Program-made: the position numbers and the translations under genes | Part shown: positions 21,554 to 31,433 of the stretch, in pieces | Layout: each line of letters begins with the position of its first letter | Numbering within the stretch: the first letter of the stretch is position 1 | The notes under the pieces: generated by a model | Database searches by the model: none | Seen by the model: the letters and a program-made list of their open reading frames with translations, nothing else | What the model was told of the DNA's origin: nothing | Source: Oceanomicrobium sp. | GTDB lineage: Bacteria > Pseudomonadota > Alphaproteobacteria > Rhodobacterales > Rhodobacteraceae | NCBI GenBank assembly: GCA_031415055.1 | Contig: JANOQZ010000043.1 | Span: forward strand, 2,612 to 66,611 | Direction of reading: 5' to 3' | DNA length: 64,000 bases

Positions 21554-23383
21554 TCAATCCGCGGCGCGTTGCAGGGCGAGTCTGGCTTCGTAGGTTTTTC
21601 GCGCCTCGTTCACCGCTGGCCGGACCGAGACTTCCGGCACCGCCACATCCCACCAATGGCCGCCCGCCTGGGTGGTCGGGATCGGGTCGGTGTCGATGAC
21701 GATGGCATAACTTTGAGTGGCGGCGCGGGCGCGGGTCATGGCAGTTTCGAGGTCAGCAATCGAGCCGACTTTTTCGGCAATCGCCCCCATCGAGGCGGCA
21801 TGGGCGGTGAAGTCGATTGCCGAGGGCACGACGTGGCGGGCGGTGTCGAGCAGATTGTTGAAGCTTTCGCCGCCGGTGGCCATTTGCAGCCGGTTGATGC
21901 AGGCATAGCCGCGATTGTCGAGGATGACGGCGATGATTTTATGGCCGAGCATCACCGAGGTGGCGAGTTCGGAGTTCAGCATCATGTAAGAACCGTCGCC
22001 AACCATGACCACGACTTCGCGGTCGGGCAGGGCCATTTTCACCCCCAGCGCCCCGGCGATCTCGTAACCCATGGTCGAGAAGCCGTATTCAACGTGATAG
22101 GAATTCGGGCGTCCGGCTTTCCAGAGTTTGTGCAATTCGCCCGGCAAGCCGCCAGCGGCGCAGACGACGACGGAATTGTTGTCCAAGCTGCGCTGGACGG
22201 CGCCGATCACCTGCATGTCGGTGGGCAGCGCGTTGCCTTGCGGTGCGGCGGTGACGGCATCGACGGCTTTGATCCAGTTCGCTTTCAGCGCCGGATCGGG
22301 GGCCTTGGCCTGATAGTCGCCGAGACCCGCCGACATATCCTCCAGCGCCATGCGGGCGTCGGCGACCAAAGGCAGCGAGTTGTGCTTGTGGGTGTCGTAG
22401 GGGGCGACGTTGACGGCGAGGAAGCGGCGGTCGGGGTTTTTGAACAGCGACCAAGAGCCGGTGGTGAAATCTTGCATTCTTGTGCCAAGGGCGATGATAA
22501 CATCGGCAGCTTCGGCGACGGCGTTGGAGGCGGCGGAACCGGTGACGCCGATGGAACCGAGGTTGAGCGGGTGGTCCCAGGGCAGGGCGGATTTGCCGGC
22601 CTGGGTTTCGGCGACCGGGATTTGGTGGGTTTCGGCGAAGGCTTTGAGCGCTTCGCAGGCACCGGAGTAGTGCACGCCGCCACCGGCGATGATCAGCGGA
22701 GTTTTCGCCGATTTGATGGCGTCGATAGCGACTTTCAGTTCGCGCACGCCGGGACGCGGGCGGCGGCGGTGCCATTCGCGTGGGGCGAAGAAGGCTTCGG
22801 GGTAGTCAAAGGCTTCGGCTTGCACGTCTTGGCAAAATGCCAGTGTCACCGGTCCGCATTCGACCGGGTCGGTCAGCACGGCCATGGCGCGGGGCAGGGC
22901 GGTGAGCAGGTGTTCGGGGCGCGAGATGCGGTCGAAATAGCGGCTGACCGGTTTGAAGCAGTCGTTAACAGATATGGTGCCGTCCTGGAAGTCTTCGACC
23001 TGTTGCAGCACCGGGTCGGGGGCGCGGTTGGCGAAAACGTCGCCGGGGATGAGCAACACCGGCAGGCGGTTGACATGGGCGAGGCCTGCGGAAGTGACCA
23101 TGTTCAGCGCCCCGGGGCCGATCGAGGTGGTGACGGCCATAGCGCGTTTGCGGTTATGCGCCTTGGCATAAGCGATGGCGGCATGGGCCATGCCCTGTTC
23201 GTTATGGCCGCGCCAAGTGGGGAACTTGTCGCCGATGCCGTGCAAAGCCTCGCCGATGCCCGCGACATTGCCGTGGCCGAAAATGGCCCAGCAACCGGCC
23301 AGCAGGGTTTCGCCTTCTTCGTTCAACTGCGTGGAAAGGTAACGCATCATGGCTTGGGCGGCGGTCAGGCGGACGGTTTTCAT
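21554..23383 (-). CDS. iolD: 3D-(3,5/4)-trihydroxycyclohexane-1,2-dione acylhydrolase (ThDP enzyme)
   Basis: MKTVRLTAAQAMMRYL..., ThDP motif GDGSYMMLNSE. ATG 23383 overlaps the iolC stop. Confidence 0.93.
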   Translation of the reverse strand: MKTVRLTAAQAMMRYLSTQLNEEGETLLAGCWAIFGHGNVAGIGEALHGIGDKFPTWRGHNEQGMAHAAIAYAKAHNRKRAMAVTTSIGPGALNMVTSAGLAHVNRLPVLLIPGDVFANRAPDPVLQQVEDFQDGTISVNDCFKPVSRYFDRISRPEHLLTALPRAMAVLTDPVECGPVTLAFCQDVQAEAFDYPEAFFAPREWHRRRPRPGVRELKVAIDAIKSAKTPLIIAGGGVHYSGACEALKAFAETHQIPVAETQAGKSALPWDHPLNLGSIGVTGSAASNAVAEAADVIIALGTRMQDFTTGSWSLFKNPDRRFLAVNVAPYDTHKHNSLPLVADARMALEDMSAGLGDYQAKAPDPALKANWIKAVDAVTAAPQGNALPTDMQVIGAVQRSLDNNSVVVCAAGGLPGELHKLWKAGRPNSYHVEYGFSTMGYEIAGALGVKMALPDREVVVMVGDGSYMMLNSELATSVMLGHKIIAVILDNRGYACINRLQMATGGESFNNLLDTARHVVPSAIDFTAHAASMGAIAEKVGSIADLETAMTRARAATQSYAIVIDTDPIPTTQAGGHWWDVAVPEVSVRPAVNEARKTYEARLALQRAAD

Positions 23384-25278
23384 GATTTCGCTCCTTGGCG
23401 GGCGCTGTCCCATTGGGTGCACAGGGATTGGTATTTTTCGGACATGTCGGCGATGGCTTGTTGGTCGGTGACTTTACCGGCGAACCAGTCGCGGGCGGTG
23501 GCGGCGAAGATGGTGCGGCCGACGGCGAAACCTTTGACCAGCGGATGTTTGGCGGCTTTGGCGAAGCTTGCATAGAGTTCGTCGGCGGGGGAATCGAGGC
23601 CCAAAACGACGATTCCGCGGGTGTTGGGGTCGTTGCGGGTGATGGTGGCGCAGGCGTTCGCCCAGCCGACATCGGTTTTCATCGGTTCAAGCTTCCACCA
23701 GTCGGGGTAAACGCCGAGGTCGTAGAATCGCTGGATGATCTTGGCGCTGGTTTCGTCGTCGACAGGGGCGACTTTGGAGGGGATGACTTCGAGCAGGAAT
23801 TCGAGGTTATTCTTGCGGGCGGCCTCGGCCAGTCTTGTGACCGTGGCTTCCTGTTGGGCTTTCATTTCGGCGGTATCGTCTGGGTGATAGAAGCACAGCA
23901 CCTTCACCACATGATCGCGCGGCCATTCGTTGAGCGCCGAGCCGTAGTCGAGGCCGAGTTCGGGTTCGAGGGTCAGCGGCCGTGATCCCGGCCATTCGAC
24001 CGGGCGACCGATCCACAGGCCAGTTCCGGCGGCGGCATAGAGGGCATCTCGGCCAACGCGGTTGTCGCAGAGGATGCCGTATCCGGGGCGGTTGTTGGCG
24101 ACTTGCAGGGCGGCGGTTAGGCAGAGTTGCTTGAATGCGCCGATTTTTGCTGGGGTGGCACCGTCGATGTCCTCCAGTTGTTTGCGGTGATCAAAGGCGA
24201 ACACGCGCATGGTTGACCAATCGCCCTTGCGGTTGGTGGCCCAATGGATTTGCTCGAGTTCGGCGTCTTTGCGCAAAGCTTTGGTTTTTATGCCGCGTTT
24301 GAAGAAGAATTGCAGCTCGTCCCAGCTTGGATAGGCCGGGGTGCAGCCGTGGCGGCTGACGGCGAAAGCCCCGCAGGCGTTGGCGTATTTTAGCGAGGTT
24401 GGCCAATCTTGGTCGGTCAGCCAGCCTTTTAGCAAGCCGGACATGAAACCGTCACCAGCGCCCAGCACGTTGAACACTTCGATGGGGAAGCCGGGGCCTT
24501 TGATGCCTTTGTCGAGGCTGTCGGGGATTGCGCCCTCGAATGCCGAAGCGCCCATGGGGCCGCGCTTGCAGACGAGGGTGGCTTTGGAGACTTTGCGCAC
24601 ATTGCGCAGGGCGGTGATGGTGTCGGTCGAGCCGCCGGCGATGTGGAATTCTTCCTCGGTGCCGACGATCAGGTCGAAAAGCGGCAAGTGGGTTTGCAGG
24701 CGGGAGGTGACGGCGGCGCTTTCGATGAAACGGTTTTCGCCATCGCCGTGGCCGGAAAGCCCCCAGAGATTGGGGCGGTAGTCGATGTCGAGCGCGGTTT
24801 TGGCGTGGTTTTCACGGGCCAGTTGCAGCGCCTTCAGGACGGCGGCTTCGGTGTGAGCATGGCTGAGATGGGTGCCGGTGACGGTGATCGAGCGGGTATC
24901 GGCGATAAAGGCCGGGTCGATATCGGCCTCGCTCAAAGCCATGTCGGCGCAGTTTTCGCGGTAGAAGATTAGCGGGAATTGCTCCTGATTGCGGATGCCG
25001 AGGATGACGAGGGCGGTCAATCGGTCGGGGTCGGTGGCGACACCGCGCACATCGACGCCCTCTTTCACCAGTTGTTCGCGGATGAAGCGGCCCATATGTT
25101 CGTCACCAACGCGGGTGATCAGGCCGGATTTGAGGCCGAGCCGGGCAGTGCCGGCGGCGATATTGGTGGGAGAGCCGCCGATGTATTTGTTGAAGGAACC
25201 CATATCCTCCAGCCGCCCGCCGACTTGCGCGCCGTAAAGGTCAACCGAGGAGCGGCCAATAGTGATGACATCAAGCAT
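23380..25278 (-). CDS. iolC: 5-dehydro-2-deoxygluconokinase fused to a DUF2090/aldolase-like C-terminal domain
   Basis: PfkB ribokinase-type N-terminal half (GAGDGF motif) plus a roughly 300-aa C-terminal domain, as in alphaproteobacterial long IolC. Confidence 0.9.
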   Translation of the reverse strand: MLDVITIGRSSVDLYGAQVGGRLEDMGSFNKYIGGSPTNIAAGTARLGLKSGLITRVGDEHMGRFIREQLVKEGVDVRGVATDPDRLTALVILGIRNQEQFPLIFYRENCADMALSEADIDPAFIADTRSITVTGTHLSHAHTEAAVLKALQLARENHAKTALDIDYRPNLWGLSGHGDGENRFIESAAVTSRLQTHLPLFDLIVGTEEEFHIAGGSTDTITALRNVRKVSKATLVCKRGPMGASAFEGAIPDSLDKGIKGPGFPIEVFNVLGAGDGFMSGLLKGWLTDQDWPTSLKYANACGAFAVSRHGCTPAYPSWDELQFFFKRGIKTKALRKDAELEQIHWATNRKGDWSTMRVFAFDHRKQLEDIDGATPAKIGAFKQLCLTAALQVANNRPGYGILCDNRVGRDALYAAAGTGLWIGRPVEWPGSRPLTLEPELGLDYGSALNEWPRDHVVKVLCFYHPDDTAEMKAQQEATVTRLAEAARKNNLEFLLEVIPSKVAPVDDETSAKIIQRFYDLGVYPDWWKLEPMKTDVGWANACATITRNDPNTRGIVVLGLDSPADELYASFAKAAKHPLVKGFAVGRTIFAATARDWFAGKVTDQQAIADMSEKYQSLCTQWDSARQGAKS

Positions 25279-25498
25279 TTTGGTCTTTGTCCCTGCGGGC
25301 GATGGCGATGGCTTCGTTGAAATTGTAGAGGAATGTGTAGCCGGTATAGGCGGTCAGACCGCTGGCCAGCGTGGCCCAAAATGGTGAGCCAAGTGCCCAT
25401 TCAAACGTCGCCCAAAATGCGCAAGCGCCGATGGTGGCGTAGCGTCGCCAGACGGGCAGGAAAAACGGGTGGTTGAGGTCGAGGAATTTGTCGAACAT
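25271..25498 (-). CDS. small hypothetical membrane protein (75 aa, 2 TM)
   Basis: MFDKFLDLNHPFFLPVWRRYATIGACAFWATFEWALGSPFWATLASGLTAYTGYTFLYNF.... Starts 1 nt after the reductase stop and overlaps the iolC start by 8 nt. Confidence 0.5.
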   Translation of the reverse strand: MFDKFLDLNHPFFLPVWRRYATIGACAFWATFEWALGSPFWATLASGLTAYTGYTFLYNFNEAIAIARRDKDQNA

Positions 25499-26707
25499 TC
25501 AGCCTCGCAATAGTTTCTTGAGGTTGGTTTCCGGGTCGGCAAGTTGGGCTGGATCGGGTTTGATCCTGCCTTGGATCATCATTTCAGCCAAACGGATGTC
25601 TTTGGCAACCGCGTTGCCGATGCCGATGCCGCTGGCGGCGATGAGAGTGCCGTCGGCGGCGAATTGGAACAGGATGTAGGCATCGGATGAAAGCTGGCGT
25701 TTGGTGGCGGGTAGGGTTGGGTCGGGCAGGCCTGCCACGGACAGTGTCATGTCGTATTGATCCGACCAGAACCAAGGTGTGGTGGTGTAGGGTTCATTGG
25801 CACCCATCACATTTGCGGCGACGAGGTTGCCTTGGTCTTGGGCGTTACGCCACGCTTCCAGCCGGATCCGGCGGTTGTAGACGGGCGAGAGGAAGGAACT
25901 GCAATCACCGGCGGCGAAGACGTTGGGGTCGGAGGTTTGGAGGTGTGCGTCTACCGCGATGCCGTTGTCGATGGTCAGGCCTGCAGCGGCGGCGAGGTCG
26001 GTGTTGGGCATGGCGCCGATGCCGATGACAATGCGGGTGGGATAGCGGACGGTGCCGTTGGCCAGTGTGATGGATCGGTCGTCACCGATGGCGAGGATGC
26101 CGGTGTCGCACAAGATTTCGACGCCCTCGGCCTTGTGCCGGGCTGCCATGATATCGGCGATTTCGGGCAGAACGGCACGGCCCATTGGGCGGGGCAGAGC
26201 CTCGATGACTGTGACTTGTGCGCCCAGTTTGCGGGCGGTGGCGGCGAGTTCGAGGCCGATGAAACCGGCACCGACGATGGCCAGATGTTGGGTTGCATCG
26301 AGGCCGCCGAGAATGGCTTGGCTATCTTCGATCGAGCGCAGGTAGAGGACGGGTTTCCCTTCGGCAAGCGGCAAGGGTCGCGGGCGGGCACCGGTGGCGA
26401 GGATGAGTTTGTCGTATTGCAGGGTGGTTGAGTCTGAGAGGAATACCGTTTGCGAGGTGCGGTTTATCGCGGTCGCGGTGATGTTGGTTTTCAGGGTGAT
26501 TTTGGCGTCGGCGTATTGTTCCGGCGTGGCGATAATCTTGTGGCGAACCACGCCGTTTTCAATTTCCTTCGACAGCGGCGGACGTTCGTAGGGGGGGTGG
26601 ATTTCGGAGCCGATCAGAGTGATGTCACCTTCGAAGCCGTGTTCGCGCAAGGCAAAGGCGGCCCTTGCACCGCATTCGCCTGCCCCGATGATGACGATTC
26701 CCGGCAT
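25499..26707 (-). CDS. FAD-dependent ferredoxin-NAD(P)+ reductase (MocF-like)
   Basis: IIGAGECGARAA FAD fold, IVGAGFIGLELAATA NAD fold, AAGDC. Class of rubredoxin/putidaredoxin-type reductases. Confidence 0.9.
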   Translation of the reverse strand: MPGIVIIGAGECGARAAFALREHGFEGDITLIGSEIHPPYERPPLSKEIENGVVRHKIIATPEQYADAKITLKTNITATAINRTSQTVFLSDSTTLQYDKLILATGARPRPLPLAEGKPVLYLRSIEDSQAILGGLDATQHLAIVGAGFIGLELAATARKLGAQVTVIEALPRPMGRAVLPEIADIMAARHKAEGVEILCDTGILAIGDDRSITLANGTVRYPTRIVIGIGAMPNTDLAAAAGLTIDNGIAVDAHLQTSDPNVFAAGDCSSFLSPVYNRRIRLEAWRNAQDQGNLVAANVMGANEPYTTTPWFWSDQYDMTLSVAGLPDPTLPATKRQLSSDAYILFQFAADGTLIAASGIGIGNAVAKDIRLAEMMIQGRIKPDPAQLADPETNLKKLLRG

Positions 26708-26710
26708 GGT

Positions 26711-27025
26711 TCAGGCCAGCTCGATCAGCACTTTGCCGCCCTCGACCTTGACCTTGTAAGTTTGCAAGTTGATGCAAACCGGTGCGCCTTTGGCGGCACC
26801 GGAACGATAGTCAAACCGGCCGTTATGTTTCGGGCATTCGATGATGTAATCCATCACCAAACCATCGGCCAAATGTACTTTTTCATGGGTGCAAAGCCCG
26901 TCGGTGGCGAAATATTCGTCGTCGGGTGAGCGGTAGATGGCATAGGTTTTGCCGCCGTGATCAAAGCGCATCACGTCTTCTTCGTCCACATCGCCTTGGG
27001 CGCAGGCTTCGATCCATTGGGTCAT
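26711..27025 (-). CDS. Rieske [2Fe-2S] ferredoxin (MocE-like)
   Basis: CTHEKVHL ... CPKHNGRF (CxH ... CxxH), 104 aa. Confidence 0.9.
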   Translation of the reverse strand: MTQWIEACAQGDVDEEDVMRFDHGGKTYAIYRSPDDEYFATDGLCTHEKVHLADGLVMDYIIECPKHNGRFDYRSGAAKGAPVCINLQTYKVKVEGGKVLIELA

Positions 27026-28110
27026 TCGGCGGGCACTCCTGGCATGATGTCGCCGTGGAATTCGGGGCGATAGGGTTTGGCACTTGGCGGCAATTCGCGT
27101 TTAATAAACCAGCGCTCATTTTTCAACTGGCGCAAGACTGCCGGGATGATTTGGGAATAGGCATTCCAGATCGAGGTATTGGGCGCGGGCAGGTCGTGTT
27201 TGATCAGCTCGTGCAGACGCGGCAGGGCATGGTAAGGCACCATAGGGAACATGTGGTGTTCGACGTGGTAGTTCATGTTCCAGTAAATAAAACGGCTGAT
27301 TGGGTTGATATAAACCGTGCGGCTGTTCAGGCGATGGTCAAGCACGTCTTCGGCCAAGCCGATGTGCTGCATTACCCCGCAAAGAACCATGTGCCAAGCA
27401 CCGTAAATGCGCGGCAGGCCGATGAGCAGCAGGGGCAGCCATGTCTGGAAATAGATCGCCGCAAAGATGGTGGCGGCGTAAATGGCGAGCCAGACACGGG
27501 CAACAAGAAAGACTTTGGGCTTTTCCATTTCGGGGATGAAAGTGGCTTGCTGCGGTTCGAGGATGCCGAATGTGTTGCGGATCAGGTCTTTGCCAGCGTT
27601 CCAAACGTCGGGAAGACCAAAGAAATTGAGACCGAGGCGGAATAAAACCGGCGGGCGCATCAGCACGATTTCGGGGTCGGCACCGACGATGATGGTGTCG
27701 GTGTGGTGGCGGGTATGGCTCCAGCGCCAAGCGGGCGGGTTGCGCATGACCATGAAGCAGGCGATTTGGTAGACCGCATTGTTCATCCATTGGGTTTTGA
27801 AGGCGGTGCCGTGACCGCATTCGTGCCAGCGCGAATCGGACGCCGAGCCGTAGAGCACGCCGTAAGCCAGAAAGAACGGGACAGACCACCAGCTTGGGTA
27901 GAGCCAGGCGGCGATACCGCCCAGCACGATCATTGCACCAATCCAGATGATGGTGTCGCGGATCGCCGGTTGGTCAGAGCGTTTCATCAGCTCTTTCATA
28001 TCCTTGCGGGCAACCTCGGTGTGATACCATTCGGCCGAGGTCAGGCCCTTTTGCAAGGCCGCCTCGGCTTGGTCGCCCAAGAGGCTGTAATCGCGTTTGA
28101 CAACTGGCAT
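27022..28110 (-). CDS. membrane di-iron oxygenase of the fatty-acid-desaturase family (MocD-like)
   Basis: Three His boxes HECGH, HTRHH and HVEHH, with TM segments. ATG 28110 is preceded by GGGAGGG. Confidence 0.88.
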   Translation of the reverse strand: MPVVKRDYSLLGDQAEAALQKGLTSAEWYHTEVARKDMKELMKRSDQPAIRDTIIWIGAMIVLGGIAAWLYPSWWSVPFFLAYGVLYGSASDSRWHECGHGTAFKTQWMNNAVYQIACFMVMRNPPAWRWSHTRHHTDTIIVGADPEIVLMRPPVLFRLGLNFFGLPDVWNAGKDLIRNTFGILEPQQATFIPEMEKPKVFLVARVWLAIYAATIFAAIYFQTWLPLLLIGLPRIYGAWHMVLCGVMQHIGLAEDVLDHRLNSRTVYINPISRFIYWNMNYHVEHHMFPMVPYHALPRLHELIKHDLPAPNTSIWNAYSQIIPAVLRQLKNERWFIKRELPPSAKPYRPEFHGDIMPGVPAE

Positions 28111-28250
28111 GCTGAACCCTCCCACGAGGTTTAGGCGGTCATATGCCGCGTTCCACAGATTCTCTCAAGAGAGTCTTGCGGTAATCTATCAAAAACTTGC
28201 ACAAACTATCATTTTCGCTGATAAGGCCTTTGCAAGACGGAGCGAATCGG

Positions 28251-29282
28251 ATGGCCTCGAGACCCACTATAGCTGATTTGGCGGAAAAAGCGGGGGTCAG
28301 CGTCGCCACGGTTGATCGCGTGCTGAACGGGCGACACAAGGTGCGCGAGGAAACCGCACGGCGGGTGTTTGAGGCGGCGGGGGCGATTGGGTATCACGCG
28401 GTCAGTTTGATTCAGCAACGGTTGTATCAGGATTTGCCGGAATTCACCTTTGGCGTGATCCTGCAAAAGGAAAAGCAGGAATTTTATCAGAATTTTGCCA
28501 GCGAGGTTGAAAGTGCTGTCCGTTCGATGCCGAATATTCGTGGGCGGTTGATCTTGAATTATCTGACGACGCCAACGCCCGCTGAAATATCCGAAAAAAT
28601 CTTGGCGATGATCCCGCGGGCGCAAGCGATTGCTTTGCCTGCAATCGACCACCATCTGGTCAGTGAGGCGGTGGCGACAGCGCGAGCCAAGGGTGTGCCG
28701 GTGTTTTCCTTGTTGTCGGATTTTGCCGCCGGGGTGCGGGAAAGTTATGTTGGGTTGAACAATTTGAAGGTTGGTCGAACCGCAGCTTGGATGATTGCCA
28801 AAGGGGCGAAGCGACCGGGCAAAGTGGCGATATTTGTCGGCGGGCATCGCTGGCACGGGCACGAATTGCGCGAGACAGGATTTCGCAACTATTTCCGCCA
28901 GCACGCGCCGCAGTTTGAGATTTTGGATACGCTGGTCAATCTGGAGACCCGGCAACTGACCTATGAGGCAACGCTGGATTTGTTGGCGCGGCATCCGGAT
29001 TTGGTTGGGTTCTATTGCGCGGGCGGCGGGATGGAAGGGGCGATCACGGCGTTGCGCGAGGAAAACCGAGCCCACAAACTGGAAGTGGTGGTCAATGAAT
29101 TGACCAGTATGACCCGCGCGGCGCTGGCTGATGGGATTATCACCTTGGTCATAGGCACGCCTTTGGCCAGTCTGTGCCGCGAGTTGACCGGTATGATGGT
29201 CAACGCGGTCAAGAATGGTCCGGCAGATACGCCGGGGCAATTATTTCTGCCGCTAAGTTTATATACTGCCGAGAGTATTTGA
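28251..29282 (+). CDS. LacI-family transcriptional regulator
   Basis: MASRPTIADLAEKAGVSVATVDRVLNG HTH plus a periplasmic-binding-like effector domain. Confidence 0.92.
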   Translation: MASRPTIADLAEKAGVSVATVDRVLNGRHKVREETARRVFEAAGAIGYHAVSLIQQRLYQDLPEFTFGVILQKEKQEFYQNFASEVESAVRSMPNIRGRLILNYLTTPTPAEISEKILAMIPRAQAIALPAIDHHLVSEAVATARAKGVPVFSLLSDFAAGVRESYVGLNNLKVGRTAAWMIAKGAKRPGKVAIFVGGHRWHGHELRETGFRNYFRQHAPQFEILDTLVNLETRQLTYEATLDLLARHPDLVGFYCAGGGMEGAITALREENRAHKLEVVVNELTSMTRAALADGIITLVIGTPLASLCRELTGMMVNAVKNGPADTPGQLFLPLSLYTAESI

Positions 29283-29445
29283 AAGAATGATGCAATGACA
29301 TCATCGGGTTTGAGTGTTTTCTATCACGAAAGCCATATGTTGGATTTGAATCTGGATTGACCGACGCGACGTTCGGTCGCAATGCAATGCACAACAACCG
29401 AACTGGGCATTAAACAGATTCGGGGTCCTAGGGAGTTTCTTGTTC

Positions 29446-30279
29446 ATGCATGCTGGTCAACCAGTCTTTGCGTTCAATCATATGACCGCACCAAAGATGA
29501 ATTTGGAAGCGTTCTTTGGCATGGCGAAATCGCTGGGCGTGGATGCGGTCGAAATTCGCAATGACATTGCGGGCAATGCGATTCTGGATGGTACCAAGCC
29601 GGGCGACGTTAAGGCTTTGGCGCAGCAGCACGGCATTCGCATTCTGTCGATCAACGGCTTGCAACGATTCAACGAATGGACCGATGAGCGGGAAGCCGAG
29701 GCGATTGAACTGGCCGATTACGCGCGGGCCTGCGGGGCCGAGGCGCTGGTATTTGTGCCGAAAAACGATGGCACGGGTTTGGCAAATGGCGAGCGGCAGG
29801 CGAATTTGCGGGTTTCGTTGAAGGAACTGGCCCCGATACTGGCCGCACGGGGATTGTTGGGTTTGGTCGAACCCTTGGGCTTTGAAATTTGTTCGCTTCG
29901 GCACAAGTCGGAAGCGGTCGATGCGATTGAGGCCTTGGGCCTGAGCGGCAAGTTCAAACTGGTGCACGACACGTTCCACCATTATCTGGCCGGGAACGGC
30001 AAGATGTTCCCCGAGCATACCGGTTTGGTTCATATTTCGGGCGTATCTGACGGCGCTGTGACGGTCAACGAAATGCTCGACAAACACCGGGTTTTGATCG
30101 ATGGCGCGGATCGGATCAACAATGTTGGCCAAATCGCCGCCTTGCTGGATGCGGGTGTGAACGTGCCGATGTCCTACGAACCCTTTGCCGCCGAGGTGCA
30201 TAATCTGCCCGACCTTGCTGGAGCAGTGAAGAAATCAATGGAATTCATCAAATCGCAACTGACCAAGGCTGCCGCCTGA
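29446..30279 (+). CDS. xylose-isomerase-like TIM-barrel protein, IolI-type (2-keto-myo-inositol isomerase-like)
   Basis: ATG 29446 after GGGAG. Landmarks FNHMT, VEIRND, INGLQRF, LVEPLG, DTFHH, HISG and YEPF match the order of IolI-family landmarks. It does not resemble IolE. Confidence 0.75.
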   Translation: MHAGQPVFAFNHMTAPKMNLEAFFGMAKSLGVDAVEIRNDIAGNAILDGTKPGDVKALAQQHGIRILSINGLQRFNEWTDEREAEAIELADYARACGAEALVFVPKNDGTGLANGERQANLRVSLKELAPILAARGLLGLVEPLGFEICSLRHKSEAVDAIEALGLSGKFKLVHDTFHHYLAGNGKMFPEHTGLVHISGVSDGAVTVNEMLDKHRVLIDGADRINNVGQIAALLDAGVNVPMSYEPFAAEVHNLPDLAGAVKKSMEFIKSQLTKAAA

Positions 30280-30361
30280 CAGGAAGATTTGGAGAATAGC
30301 CCGGAAAACGGGCTTCCGGTAAAATATTAGGTGTGCCGGACACTGCTAGTGGAGGAATAAA

Positions 30362-31303
30362 ATGAAAAAGATCGTGATGGCCGCCGGCCTGATGACCCTG
30401 ATGTCGACCTCGGCAATGGCCCAAGACATTGGCCTGACAATGGCTAACTCGGACAACTTTCTGACAGTATTGCGTAACGGCCTGGTTGACAAAGCCGCCG
30501 CAACCGCAGGCGTCAACCTGCAGGTCGAAGTTGCCGATGACGATGTCAGCAAGCAGCTGAGCCAAATTCAGAATTTCATCGCCGCCGGCGTGGCAGCGAT
30601 CATTGTGAACCCGGTCGATACTTCGGCGACACAGGCGATGACGGATGCCGCAGCCGCTGCGAACATTCCGCTGGTCTATGTCAACCGCCAGCCGATCAAC
30701 GTCGACACGCTGCCGGACAACCAAGCTTTCGTCGCCTCGAATGAAGTCGACTCGGGCACGCTCGAAACCATCGAAATCTGCCGCATGCTGGCCGAAGCTG
30801 GCAAGACCGAAGCCAATGTCTATGTGATGATGGGCGAACTGTCGAACCAGGCCGCCGTACAGCGCACTGCCGACATTCACGACGTGATGGCTGCAGGCCA
30901 ATGCGCCGTGACGCTGAACATCATCGACGAGCAGACTGCCAACTGGTCGCGCGACCAGGCTCAATCAATGATGACCAACTGGATATCGTCGGGCGCGGCC
31001 TATGACGCTGTCATCGCCAACAACGACGAAATGGCGATTGGTGCCATTCAGGCGATGAAAGCAGCTGGCGTTGATATGTCGACCGTGATCGTCGGCGGCA
31101 TTGACGCCACACAAGACGCGCTTGCAGCCATGCAGGCGGGTGATCTGGACGTGACTGTATTCCAGAACGCTGCCGGGCAGGGTGCCGGCGCGCTGGACGC
31201 CGCGCTGAAACTGGTTGCCGGCGAAGCTGTTGAGCAGAAAGTGTACGTGCCGTTCGAACTGGTGACCCCGGCCAATGTCGCCGATTACGTAGCGAAAAAC
31301 TGA
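30362..31303 (+). CDS. sugar/inositol ABC transporter substrate-binding protein (RbsB-like)
   Basis: MKKIVMAAGLMTLMSTSAMA signal peptide, with periplasmic-binding-protein type I pattern. Confidence 0.9.
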   Translation: MKKIVMAAGLMTLMSTSAMAQDIGLTMANSDNFLTVLRNGLVDKAAATAGVNLQVEVADDDVSKQLSQIQNFIAAGVAAIIVNPVDTSATQAMTDAAAAANIPLVYVNRQPINVDTLPDNQAFVASNEVDSGTLETIEICRMLAEAGKTEANVYVMMGELSNQAAVQRTADIHDVMAAGQCAVTLNIIDEQTANWSRDQAQSMMTNWISSGAAYDAVIANNDEMAIGAIQAMKAAGVDMSTVIVGGIDATQDALAAMQAGDLDVTVFQNAAGQGAGALDAALKLVAGEAVEQKVYVPFELVTPANVADYVAKN

Positions 31304-31433
31304 GCCAGAGGGTGTAGACTGAAAGGAGCGGCGCAGGATTGTGCCGCTCCGCTTAATTGCCAGGGATGCATCGAGGCCGAAAACAAGTGGTTCCTCGGCA
31401 AAATATCCCGGTCAGCCAGCAGGAGAAACCAGG

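Noticed and set aside
21542-23575. Very long antisense ORFs: 677 aa opposite iolD, 316 aa at 17974-18924 opposite mmsA, 307 aa at 11805-12728, 354 aa at 39855-40919 opposite the RT, and 338 aa at 20683-21699.
   Set aside because: These are typical high-GC shadow frames. They are rich in G/R/A/H/P and have no recognisable motifs. In each case the opposite strand carries a gene with clear family signatures.
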